Assembly: GCA_002269645.1 (NCBI GenBank)
Contig: NIVC01001833.1
Location: forward strand, 168,578 to 232,577
Reading direction: 5' to 3'
DNA length: 64,000 bases
DNA from: Macrostomum lignano
Taxonomy: Eukaryota
Shown in pieces: positions 25,591 to 37,800 of this stretch. The notes under the pieces are model-generated. The model saw nothing but the letters and a program-made list of their open reading frames with translations, did not search any database and was not told where the DNA came from. Numbering within the stretch: the stretch's first letter is position 1; every line of letters begins with the position of its first letter. Both the position numbers and the translations under genes were made by a program.

Positions 25591-26024
25591 TTAATTGACT
25601 AAACAATTCGACAAGAAATCGTGCCTCACCGTCCCCGCAGTCGGTCGGTACAGCACCGGAGCGAAGCACATGCAGTACGGTCTCGGCATGGCGCCAAGAA
25701 GTTAAACGAAAGTTAGACAACATTTCGATGAAGACGAAGAAAACATTTCTGTCCTATTAATAGCATTAACCAAAAGGTCTGCACAGAATGTACGTTTACA
25801 ATGAACAGTAAATATTAGTTGTATATTTTTTGCACAAGTAACGCCTTTTTAATTACAACATAAAACTTTGAAACACTGTTTAAAATTGCTTTCAATCAAA
25901 TATACAGTAGAAAGCTTCTAAAATTTTATTTTTCGCTAACCGTATTTCGTAGAATTTTGTTTTTATTCCACGTAAATATGAATTCAGATTCAATAGCCAT
26001 CTGTTTTAATGGATGCTAGCTGCA

Positions 26025-26905
26025 TCACTCCAAGACTCTCGATGATCTAGTGAGCGTCACTCCACTCTCGATGATCTAGTGAGCCTCACTCCAAGACTCT
26101 CGATGATCTAGTGAGCGTCACTCCACTCTCGATGATCTAGTGAGCCTCACTCCAAGACTCTCGATGATCTAGTGAGCGTCACTCCGCTCTCGATGATCTA
26201 GTGAGCGTCACTCCGCTCTCGATGATCTAGTGAGCGTCACTCCAAGACTCTCGATGATCTAGTGAGCGTCACTCCGCTCTCGATGATCTAGTGAGCGTCA
26301 CTCCACTCTCGATGATCTAGTGAGCCTCACTCCAAGACTCTCGATGATCTAGTGAGCGTCACTCCACTCTCGATGATCTAGTGAGCCTCACTCCAAGACT
26401 CTCGATGATCTAGTGAGCGTCACTCCGCTCTCGATGATCTAGTGAGCGTCACTCCGCTCTCGATGATCTAGTGAGCGTCACTCCGCTCTCGATGATCTAG
26501 TGAGCGTCACTCCGCTCTCGATGATCTTGTGAGCATCACTCCACTCTCGATGATCTTGTGAGCGTCACTCCACTCTCGATGATCTTGTGAGCATCACTCC
26601 ACTCTCGATGATCTAGTGAGCCTCACTCCAAGACTCTCGATGATCTAGTGAGCGTCACTCCGCTCTCGATGATCTAGTGAGCGTCACTCCGCTCTCGATG
26701 ATCTAGTGAGCGTCACTCCGCTCTCGATGATCTAGTGAGCGTCACTCCGCTCTCGATGATCTAGTGAGCGTCACTCCGCTCTCGATGATCTTGTGAGCAT
26801 CACTCCACTCTCGATGATCTTGTGAGCGTCACTCCACTCTCGATGATCTTGTGAGCGTCACTCCAAGACTCTCGATGATCTAGTGAGCGTCACTCCAAGA
26901 TACTC
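26025..26905. repeat. 29/31-bp minisatellite (CTCTCGATGATCTAGTGAGCGTCACTCCG)
   Basis: Visible, about 30 units with two length variants. Confidence 0.93.
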
Positions 26906-26924
26906 CAGATAGAGGTATATAGGG

Positions 26925-27240
26925 TGAGGGATCTAGGGACTCAGTGAGGGATCAATGGACTCAGTGAGGGATCTAGTGACTCAGTGAGGGATCTAGTGAC
27001 TCAGTGAGGGATCTAGGGACTCAGTGAGGGATCAATGGACACAGTGAGGGATCTAGGGACTCGGTGAGGGATCAATGGACACAGTGTGAGATCTAGGGAC
27101 TCAGTGAGGGATCAATGGACACAGTGTGAGATCTAGGGACTCAGTGAGGGATCTAGGGACTCAGTGAGGGACCTAGGGACTCAGTGAGGGACCTTAGGGA
27201 CTCTATGAGGGACCTAGGGACTCACTTAGAGGACTTAGGG
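26925..27240. repeat. 20-bp minisatellite (AGTGAGGGATCTAGGGACTC), inverted copy of 21915-22420
   Basis: Reverse complement of the left-arm unit. Adjacent unique sequence is also homologous (CACTTAGAGGACT...GGGCCACC...AAGTCACCATGGCAC). Confidence 0.9.
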
Positions 27241-27699
27241 CCACCCATTAAAGAAGCAAGTCACCATGGCACTGCAATTATTGGGACGGCATTTAAAAAC
27301 AGAATAGTTTCGGTCAAATTTTCCTGTGTATTAAACAAAAACCTCTTTAGAAACAGTCCAGAGAAAATCAGAGTTATTTTTTCAAAGCAAAAAAGTTAAA
27401 AAACTCTCTTTGTTTTACATTATTAAATAGCGGTTTTTTACAAGCGTAAAAAGTTAGAAAAAATTTAAGATAGGGAAATATTATTGACCTATAAGACTAG
27501 TAAATATCGATTCTCTTAATATTGACTTGAAAGTTGAACTAAAATAGAAGTACATTTTCCTACTGAAAAAGGCTTATTTTGGGTTAAAGCATAAATATTG
27601 CATTTGATTATGATTGATATTTATGGCACACTGACTGAAGCTTGGCTCAATTTGTAAAGACAACTCAACACCACACAGGTGAACCCGGCCTGTCTCAGT

Positions 27700-28172
27700 T
27701 TCTGTAGCTGGCACCCCTCTGTAGCCGGCTCCCCTCTGTAGCTAGCGCCCCTTTGTAGCTGGCGCCCCCTCTGTAGCTGGCGCCCCCTCTGTAGCTGGCG
27801 CCCCCTCTGTAGCTGGCACCCCCTCTGTAGCTGGCGCCCCCTCTGTAGCTGGCACCCCCTCTGTAGCTGGCACCCCCTCTGTAGCTGGCACCCCCTCTGT
27901 AGCTGGCACCCCCTCTGTAGCTGGCACCCCCTCTGTAGCTGGCACCCCCTCTGTAGCTGGCGCCCACTCTGCAGCGGGCGCCCCTCTGCAGCTGGCACCC
28001 CCTCTGTAGCTGGCGCCCCCTCTGTAGCTGGCGCCCCCTCTGTAGCTGGCACCCCCTCTGTAGCTGGCGCCCCCTCTGTAGCTGGCACCCCCTCTTTAGC
28101 TGGTGCCCCCTCTGTAGCTGGCACCCCGTCTGTAGCTGGCGCCCCCTCTGTAGCTGGCGCCCCCTCTGTAGC
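27700..28172. repeat. 18-bp minisatellite, inverted copy of 21105-21450
   Basis: TGTAGCTGGCGCCCCCTC units. Confidence 0.93.
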
Positions 28173-28309
28173 TACGAAGATATTAATGGCAGACGAGGAA
28201 ATCTCCCAGTTATTATCTTGAAAACGGATCCTTCGACCCTCTGTTTCGTTTAAACTTTCATTTCAACTCCGTTGTTTCTCCGTCGCTCCCGAGTGCTCAG
28301 CTTCAGCCC

Positions 28310-31300
28310 TCAGCAGGTGCCGCCGCCAGGCCCGGTCACCGTCACCAGACCGTGCGGATTCGCCGAGTTCACCGAGCTGCCTGTGACGCTGGAGCAGCCG
28401 GCACCGGAGCAGTAGGAGCCGCCGCCGCCACCAGCTTGGTCGCGGTTGACGCCGGCTCCGCCGCCGCTGTAGCCGCCGCCGCCGCCGCCAGAGGATTTGC
28501 ACTGGCCTTCGCAGGCGCTGCCGCACTTGACGGCACCGGCGCCGCAGCCACCGCCTCCGCCGCCGCCGAAGCCTCCGGTGCCCGTGCCGCTTTTTCCTCC
28601 AGCTCCGCCAGCGCCTTCGGTGCCGTCAAAAATCCAGCCGCCTCGTTCACCGTCGTAGCTGCTCAGTCTGGGGTTGGCGGCCTTGCCACTCCAGCCCGAG
28701 CCGCAGCCGCCGTGCCTGGCCAGGTTCTCGACATCACTCGGCTGGTTGTAGCCAGCAGCTCCGTTGGCACCGCCGTGGTCGAAGCTCGGCCTGTCCGAAG
28801 TCGATAGGGTTGCGCCGGTGCCGTTCACGCCCGACTGGCCGGGTACACCTGAACGAAACAGCAGTGTTTGTAGAGACAGAAGAGAGCCAGTCAGTCAGTC
28901 AGTCAGTCAGTCAGTCAGTCAGTCAGTCAGTCAGTCAGTCAGTCAGTCAGTCAGTCAGTCAGTCAGTCAGTCAGTCAGTCACCCACTCACTCAAGTCAGT
29001 CAGTCAGTCAGTCAGTCAGCTCACCATCAGAGTACTGTGAAGCTCCGCCGCCGCCGCCAGCAACTACCAGGAGCTGCTTCGGGCTGCTGTTGATGAACAC
29101 GAAGCTGCCGCCGCCTCCGCCGGCACCGCCAGCCTTGTCATTGGGCTCTGCGCCCGCCTGGCCAACAAGGATGCTCAGAGTTGTGTCCAGAGTCAGGCTG
29201 AAGTTGCCCTTGGCCAATGCGCCTTTGCCGCCCAGCTGGCCGCTTTTGGTGTTGTTGCCGCCCCAGGCTCCGGAGGCCTCGATGAGGTAGCAGCCAGTGG
29301 CGTTGATTGACAGCTGCTGCACCGAGCCGGAAGGTCCTGTGCTCGAGTCTGGTAGTTTGGAGTAAAATTAAAACTCATGTATAAAAGTAGGGCCCATGGT
29401 CGATATATAGGATCAATTGTTTTAAGACAGTGGTTGTAAAGTACGAGTATTTTATAGAGAATCCAGCTTCATGGGTGCGGGCCAGATGAGAGTGGAAAGG
29501 ATAGGGAATGGAAGAAGAGAGATGAGAGAAGAGAGGAGAGATGAGAGGAGAGATGAGAGAAGAGAGGAGAGATGAGAGGAGAGAAGAGAGAGGGGAGAGA
29601 AGAGAGAGTTTGAGATGAGAGAGGTTGAGAAGAGAGAAGGAGAGAAGAGAAAGGTTGAGATGAGAGATGTTGAGAAGAGAGGAGAGAAGAGAGAGGTTGA
29701 GATGAGAGAGGGGAGATAAGAAGAGAGAAGAGCTAGGGGAGAGAAAAGAGAGGGGAGAGAAGAGAGAGGGGAGAGAAGAGATAGGTTGAGATGAGAGAGG
29801 TTGAGAAGAGAGAGGTTGAGATGAGAGAGGTTGAGGTGAGAGAAGAGAGGGGAGAAGAGTAGATTTAGAGAAGAGGAGAGACGGGACACGAGACTGAGAG
29901 AAGAGGGGACCCCGCTGCTTAAAGACAAAGTTAAAAAAAACTTTCTGAAGGCCATTTTAATCTACAATATACGACCAAACACAGCTAAAGAGGTCTTGAA
30001 GACTTTTAACAGCGATTTTTGCCAACGACCTTAATTTAGAAAGTCTAGACATTTTTGGTTGTTCGAATGAGTGCTTTTACTTACTTCGAAATACATGTAC
30101 GGACGTCGGCTTGAACCGGCGTTGCCCAACCTGGCTGTCGAAGTCCTCTCGCCGCCACACGCGCATGCCGGAGTCGCCCAGCTCGGCTCCCAGTCGCCTG
30201 TCCACGCGAGTCTCCTGAGGCTGCTGGCCCAGAGAATCGTGGTGCACCAACAGCTGCTGACAGAAGCCGGTCGATGGAACGAAGGCGGTTGCCAGACAGT
30301 CACGCGACCGACAGACGGCGAGGCACTCGGAGTCGGAGCGCAAGCCGGTGGAGTTGAAAAGCTCGCTGCTCGAGGAGGCGTTGAGCTGGACCGGGGCCTC
30401 CGTGAGCTCGAATGGCGGCACGTCGGCTGCGAGCAAGTTGGGGGGATCAGATGGGAGTTGCGTGACAGGATGCAAAAGTGCAAGCTGTACTTCTGGTAGA
30501 AGACTTGTAGACTCGGACTTCAATGAAGTCAGCTGATGTCTCGTTGCGGCCAGCGATCGGGTGTCAGAGGACACACGCAGTGAAGATGTCAGGAGAGACA
30601 GTGGGGTGTCAGAGGACACACGCAGTGAAGATGTCAGGAGAGTCAGTGGGGTGTCATAGGATAAACGCAGTGAAGATGTCAGGAGAGTCAGTGGGGTGTC
30701 ATAGGATAAACGCAGTGAAGATGTCAGGAGAGTCAGTGGGGTGTCATAGGATAAACGCAGTGAAGATGTCAGGAGAGTCAGTGGGGTGTCAGAGGATAAC
30801 GCAGTGAAGATGTCAGGAGAGTCAGTGGGGTGTCAGAGGTCACACGCAGTGAAGATGTCAGGAGAGACAGTGGGGTGTCAGAGGACACACACAGTGAAGA
30901 TGTCAGGAGAGACAGTGGGGTGTCAGAGGATAAACGCAGTGAAGATGTCAGGAGAGTCAGTGGGGTATCAGAGGACACACGCAGTGATGTCAGGAGAGTC
31001 AGTGGGGTATCAGAGGACACACGCAGTGATGTCAGGAGAGACAGTGGGGTGTCAAAGGACACACGCAGTGAAGATGTCAGGAGAGACAGTGGGGTGTCAG
31101 AGGACACACGCAGTGAAGATGTCAGGAGAGACAGTGGGGTGTCAGAGGATAAAGGCAGTGAAGATGTCAGGAGAGACAGTGGGGTGTCAGAGGATAAACG
31201 CAGTGAAGATGTCAGGAGAGTCAGTGGGGTATCAGAGGACACACGCAGTGAAGATGTCAGGAGAGTCAGTGGGGTGTCAGAGGATAAACGCAGTGAAGAT

Positions 31301-31910
31301 GTCAGGAGAGACAGTGGGGTGTCAGAGGATAAACGCAGTGAAGATGTCAGGAGAGTCAGTGGGGTATCAGAGGACACACGCAGTGAAGATGTCAGGAGAG
31401 ACAGTGGGGTGTCAGAGGATAAACGCAGTGAAGATGTCAGGAGAGGCAGTGGGGTATCAGAGGACACACGCAGTGAAGATGTCAGAGGACACACACAGTG
31501 AAGATGTCAGGAGAGGCAGTGGGGTATCAGAGGACACACGCAGTGAAGATGTCAGAGGACACACACAGTGAAGATGTCAGGAGAGTCAGTGGGGTATCAG
31601 AGGACACACGCAGTGATGTCAGGAGAGACAGTGGGGTATCAGAGGACACACGCAGTGAAGATGTCAGGAGAGACAGTGGGGTGTCAGAGGATAAACGCAG
31701 TGAAGATGTCAGGAGAGACAGTGGGGTGTCAGAGGATAAACGCAGTGAAGATGTCAGGAGAGACAGTGGGGTGTCAGAGGACACACGCAGTAAAGATGAC
31801 ACGTACGGAAGCTTAAATATCATTTAACAAAACTGACGCTAAGAGTTGACCTTACCATAAACCAGAGAAGTCAAGAAGGCCAAAGTGTACAGACTTAATG
31901 CTAATGTCAT
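28310..31910 (-). CDS. Secreted PAN/apple-like + ALK/LTK-type glycine-rich domain protein, paralog B (441 aa, no mucin stalk)
   Basis: complement(join(28310..28848,29025..29348,30085..30492,31856..31910)); all phase-1 GT-AG introns; 1326 nt. Signal peptide MTLALSLYTLAFLTSLVY. Exon 3 has the same length as in paralog A (324 nt). Confidence 0.85.
28888..29020. repeat. (CAGT)n microsatellite in intron 3 of paralog B
   Basis: Visible; absent from the 79-nt homologous intron of paralog A. Confidence 0.95.
29505..29905. repeat. GA-rich low-complexity repeat in intron 2 of paralog B
   Basis: Visible; the homologous intron of paralog A is only 90 nt. Confidence 0.9.
30560..31800. repeat. 45-bp minisatellite in intron 1 of paralog B (expanded)
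   Basis: Reverse complement of the 18615-18862 unit, about 5-fold longer. Confidence 0.95.
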
Positions 31911-32454
31911 GTTGCAATGTTCCAGTACGCTCGTACAGTTTGAGTTGGAATTTTTTGCACTGAAATTTCTTGGTGCGATGGTCCCGAGTTCCTAAGTTTC
32001 CCTGTTAATATGCTTCCGAAAGAAGACAATTGCGATGCAGTCACGATGAGTCTGCTTGATAGGGTGCGCTGCTTTTGCCTCGGGCCAAAAAAAATTATGG
32101 GCGGGCTTTTTTTACAAGAAGTTAAAATTAGGCTCTTTAAACTCGAGTGCACTTTAAAGCATCTAGAGTCGAAGTAGTCTAATTAGTGTTCACGGCACAT
32201 CTTCAAAGAGTCCCTACCCCTATTGTCTATTAAACAATGGGACGGGAGCCACCCACCTGCCTGAATACATGCACCTGCAGCAAGCAGGAAATTTTTTAAT
32301 GAGACAGCAGAAGCTGCATCGCATGCTTTAGTTGCTAAGTGGTGGGTGACTACGGAGAAGTAAGACAGTTCTTAGTAGCTAAAAGCAAAAACCTATGCCA
32401 AAAGCAAGAACCAAGCTTTGACAAACAAATTCTGAGCAAAATACGTTACTCGTA

Positions 32455-33072
32455 GAGACCAATAGAGTTGATCTCAGTCAGGGGACATCTAGAGACCAAT
32501 AGAGTTGATCTAAGCACAGTGAGGGGACATCTAGAGACCAATAGAGTTGATCTCAGTCAAGGGACATCTAGAGACCAATAGAGTTGATCTAAGCATAGTG
32601 AAGGGACATCTAGAGACCAATAGAGTTGATCTAAGCACAGTGAGGGGACATCTAGAGACCAATAGAGTTGATCTAAGCACAGTGAGGGGACATCTAGAGA
32701 CCAATAGAGTTGATCTAAGCACAGTGAGGGGACATCTAGAGACCAATAGAGTTGATCTCAGTAAGGGGACATCTAGAGACCAATAGAGTTGATCTAAGCA
32801 CAGTGAGGGGACATCTAGAGACCAATAGAGTTGATCTAAGCACAGTGAGGGGACATCTAGAGACCAATAGAGTTGATCTAAGCACAGTGAGGGGACATCT
32901 AGAGACCAATAGAGTTGATCTAAGCACAGTGAGGGGACATCTAGAGACCAATAGAGTTGATCTAAGCACAGTGAGGGGACATCTAGAGACCAATAGAGTT
33001 GATCTCAGTCAGGGGACATCTAGAGACCAATAGAGTTGATCTAAAGCACAGTGAGGGGACATCTGGAGACCA
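32455..33072. repeat. 42-bp minisatellite (TAGAGACCAATAGAGTTGATCTAAGCACAGTGAGGGGACATC)
   Basis: Visible, with occasional 40-bp variants. Confidence 0.93.
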
Positions 33073-33589
33073 GACTTCTACTATAGCAATAATTACATTT
33101 TTATTGAAATTAGGCAAACGAACTCAAATGCAAAATTCTTTCTCAAGAAATAAATTTATCAATCCCAATTCAGGCAGCAAAAAACCAGATGTTAAATTAA
33201 CCAAATGATTCAACTCAGCTGCTAGTAAATAAAATATTTACTTATTTATTATAAATAATCTTGCAATACTCAAACACACTACTGACAGCGGCACAAAGAC
33301 ACAATGACAAACCCAACTAAGCATGGGATTAAAGCGAATTTAAATTCAAACAGATCAGAAAGTTACGGTAAGAGATATAAAAAACATCAAATTATTACCC
33401 ACAAAACTGTTAGCACGGGAAGCAACATTCTTAGAAATATGAGCAACAAAATATAGATTGTATATGTATTTAAGAGTAGATAAAAATAGAGACACAAAAA
33501 CTGCTACAAATTGCAAAGCTGTGTGCAGGGAGTGCTCGACAAACGACAGCCGGGGTGCCGCCACTTGGCAGTGAAATATGCCTGTAGAC

Positions 33590-33590
33590 A

Positions 33591-33682
<92 letters not shown>

Positions 33683-34305
33683 AAGAAAGGAGAGAGAGGG
33701 AGACATAGAGGGGGGCACAGAGAGAGACAGAAGTCAGGGAGACAGAGGGAGACAGGGAAAGAGAGAGGGGGAGACAGAGGGGACACGGAGTGGGAGACAG
33801 GGAGGGAGAGGGAGACAGGGGTACAGGGAGGGAGACAGGGAGACAGAGAGGGAGACAGGGATACAGGGAGACAGATGGACACGGAGACGGAGAGGGGGGA
33901 GACAGGGGTACAGAGAGGGAGACAGAGATGGACACGGAGAGGGAGACAGAGAGGGAGACAGATGGACACGGAGGGAGACAGATACAGGGAGGGAGACAGG
34001 GAGACAGAGAGGGAGACAGATGGACACGGAGGGAGACAGATGGACACAGAGGGAGACAGATACAGGGAGGGAGACAGGGAGACAGAGAGGGAGACAGATG
34101 GACACAGAGGGAGACAGATACAGGGAGACAGAGAGGGAGACAGATGGACACGGAGGGAGACAGATACAGGGAGACAGAGAGGGAGACAGATGGACACGGA
34201 GGGAGACAGATACAGGGAGACAGAGAGGGAGACAGATGGACACGGAGGGAGACAGATACAGGGAGACAGAGAGGGAGACATGGACACGGAGGGAGACAGA
34301 TAGGA
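33590..34305. repeat. (GA)n plus GA-rich minisatellite
   Basis: Visible. Confidence 0.92.
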
Positions 34306-34869
34306 AACAAAAAAATCAGATTCAAAGTATTCAGAGATTTGTCTTAACAAGCAGCCATCAACAACAACAAAAAATAGAAACCTCCTTCAAATTTTATCGG
34401 CGCAAAATAGATACGTGTTGTCACACTACTTGCAATAAAAAACGGCACCAATAGTAGAATAAAGCGCACACGAACAACCAAATTTGTTTAAAAAAGTTTA
34501 AAAAAGACAAAAAATTGCAGTTCACGAAAAAATAGAAGAGGTGCAAAAGCTGCATTGCTAGTGAGTTGCTATTAAATGGTGATACAGAGGCGTAAGACAG
34601 CTCATAGTAGCTAAAAATATTGAATTGCCAATAATCGACGCTATTACATACTAATAGAAAATTATAAAGTGCATAATCAGAATAAACACTGCACTTTGAG
34701 TAGTCCCAAAAAGCATTATTTTAACATATAATGTTGATAATGTTGAAATCCATCAAATTATTGAAAGCAAGCAAATTGCTTTTGGCTGATAAATCGAATG
34801 TTTTTAGATTTTAGAATCAATGCAAAATATTTTTTAAAGGAAAATTGTTTCAATTTTGCTTATCAATAA

Positions 34870-37800
34870 TTAATTTTTCTCCACAACTGGCGAGTTTTCT
34901 GCGGTGGGCGGCTGAACCACAATCCTGGGCGCGTCTAGCAGCAGTGGGTTCGATTCCTCCGGTCTGTCCGAACTGTCCGGAGGGGGTGAGTTAATGCATT
35001 TGTGTCCGAGTGACAATAGATAGGTGTCCGAGAGATAATGGACTTGTGTCCGACAGATAATGGACTTGTGTATGGGAGATAATGGAATTGTGTCCGGAAG
35101 ACAATGGACTAGTGTCCGAGTGACAATAGATCTGTGTCCGAGAGATAATGGACTAGTGTCCGAGAGACAATAGATAGGTGTCCGAGAGATAATGGACTTG
35201 TGTATGGGAGATAATGGACTTGTGTCCGGGAGATAATGGACTTGTGTCCAGGGGATTTGTGTCCGAGTGACAATAGATAGGTGTCCGAGAGATAATGGAC
35301 TTGTGTCCGAGAGATAATAGACTTGTGTATGGGAGATAATGGACTTGTGTCCGGGAGATAATGGACTTGTGTCCAGGGGATTTGTGTCCGAGTGACAATA
35401 GATAGGTGTCCGAGAGATAATGGACTTGTGTCCGAGAGATAATAGACTTGTGTATGGGAGATAATGGACTTGTGTCCGGGAGATAATGGACTAGTGTCCG
35501 AGACAATAGATAGGTGTCCGAGACATAATGGACAGGTGTCCGAGAGATAATGGACTAGTGTCCGAGTGACAATAGATAGGAGTCCGAGAGATAATGAATT
35601 TGGATTAATGAACATACCCGGCCGCATCGTCCTTCCTAGGCCGTCGTTGCATCTGGCCCCGGTCACCAGCGCCCTTCTCGTCCATCTCGTCCGACACATT
35701 GAAGGTCACTTCGATAGATTTTTTCTTTTTAACAGCGGACGAATGAGCGACGCCCTCTGGAGTCTCAGACATTGGCATGTCGACTGTTGCGTCGTTTTTG
35801 TTGGACTCGGGATTTGAACCGTCCGTTCCTCGTCCGCAGCACAGCGTGATGGGGGGCATGATGTCGTCCAGCCACCTCAGCTCGGTTGTAGTGAACAAGT
35901 GGTTCAGCGCCCATCGCACGAAGCACATGGCCAGCACCATGACGGGGAACAGGATGGAGATGGCCGAGATTGCTTTCACAACCCAAAGCAGGACCAGGCA
36001 GGTCACTTGGATGATAGTGAACTTGTGCACCTGCATGATTTTCACGTGCCTGCGGGGCGATTGATGGATCCCACTAGCTTATGGGATTATCAGGTACAAG
36101 AGGACCTGGGAGGCTGGTCCAGAAACTGGGGATCTGGGAGGCTGGTCCAGAAACTGGGGATCTGGGAGGCTGGTCCAGAAACTGGGGATCTGGAGGCTGG
36201 TCCAGAAACTGGGGATCTGGAGGCTGGTCCAGAAACTGGGGATCTGGAGGCTGGTCCAGAAACTGGGGATCTGGGAGGCTGGTCCAGAAACTGGGGATCT
36301 GGGAGGCTGGTCCAGAAACTGGGGATCTGGAGGCTGGTCCAGAAACTGGGGATCTGGGAAGCTGGTCCAGAAACTGGGGATCTGGGAGGCTGGTCCAGAA
36401 ACTGGGGATCTGGGAGGCTGGTCCAGAAACTGGGGATCTGGGAGGCTGGTCCAGAAACTGGGGATCTGGGAGGCTGGTCCAGAAACTGGGGATCTGGGAG
36501 GCTGGTCCAGAAACTGGGGATCTGGGAGGCTGGTCCAGAAACTGGGGATCTGGGAGGCTGGTCCAGAAACTGGGGATCTGGGAGGCTGGTCCAGAAACTG
36601 GGGATCTGGGAGGCTGGTCCAGAAACTGGGGATCTGGGAGGCTGGTCCAGAAACTGGGGATCTGGGAGGCTGGTCCAGAAACTGGGGATCTGGGAGGCTG
36701 GTCCAGAAACTGGGGATCTGGGAGGCTGGTCCAGAAACTGGGGATCTGGGAGGCTTGTGGCACAGCAACTGAGGATCTGGGAGGCTGGTGGCACAGCAAC
36801 TGAGGATCTGGGAGGTGGATGGCCCAGCAACTGGGGATCTGGGAGGTGGATGGCCCAGCAACTGGGGATCTGGGAGGCTTATTTTTGCCTCTAAATCTAC
36901 AGGAGACGGTACCAAAAAACAGTCTCACCTGAGGAACCTGTAGTCTGGCTGGTACTTCTGCGGCATGAAGAAAAGCCCCACCCGCTGCACGAACTGCACG
37001 CCGCGCAGGCTGGAGATGCCCATGAACAGGAACACTCCGTACAGCACCGGCATGGGGATGTGCTTGAGCACCGGGGTCAGGAAGACGGACAGGCCGATGA
37101 GCAGGAAGATCAGGAAGCCGGTGACGCGGTTCTCGCTGAAATTAAATTGCAAGCACGCAAAAAAATGGCGATAAAGCAGCATTATTAATCTCCATTAGGA
37201 ATATCCCTTAAATTTTCTAAAAAGTTAGTTACTCAATAAATTCTTCAAGAATTACCCATTGAATTCTCCCATAATTCCCCCATTGATTTCTCCCAGAATT
37301 CCCCACTGAATTGTCCTAGAATTCCCCATTGGTTTCTCCTAGAATTCCCCATTGGTTTCTCCTAGAATTCCCAATCGAATTCTTTCAGAATTCCGCATTG
37401 AATTCTCCCAGAATTCCCCATTGAATTCTCCCAGAATTCCCCATTGAATTCTTCCAGAATCCTCCCACTGAATTCTCCCAGAATTCCCCATTGAATTCTC
37501 CCAGAATTCCCCATTGAATTCTCCCAGATTTCCCCATTGAATTCTCTTAAATCGGCTTTGATTTACAACCATAGAATTTCTAATAGAATTCCCTAAATAC
37601 TAATTTGAGAATTATGCTAGAATGTTATAAAAATTCTTCTTAGGGAACTTTCCCAAGAACTCAAGCCAGACAAAAATCTGTGAATCTAATAAAAACTCAA
37701 TAAATATACTCACCGACACCCGAGGAACTTGGGCCTCTCCCCCGGAGCAGTTGTCTCGCTCTCAATTTTCAAGGCCATCACGTGATTGATTGACAGCACG

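Noticed and set aside
33470-33584. Extra coding SLC4 exon after the TCTACAG acceptor
   Set aside because: The CDS already terminates plausibly at 34870; this could be a 3' UTR or alternative exon, unresolved.
34940-34960. GGTTCGATTCC B box suggesting a tRNA or SINE
   Set aside because: No cloverleaf; it is the antisense of codons EESNP in the modelled last SLC4 exon.
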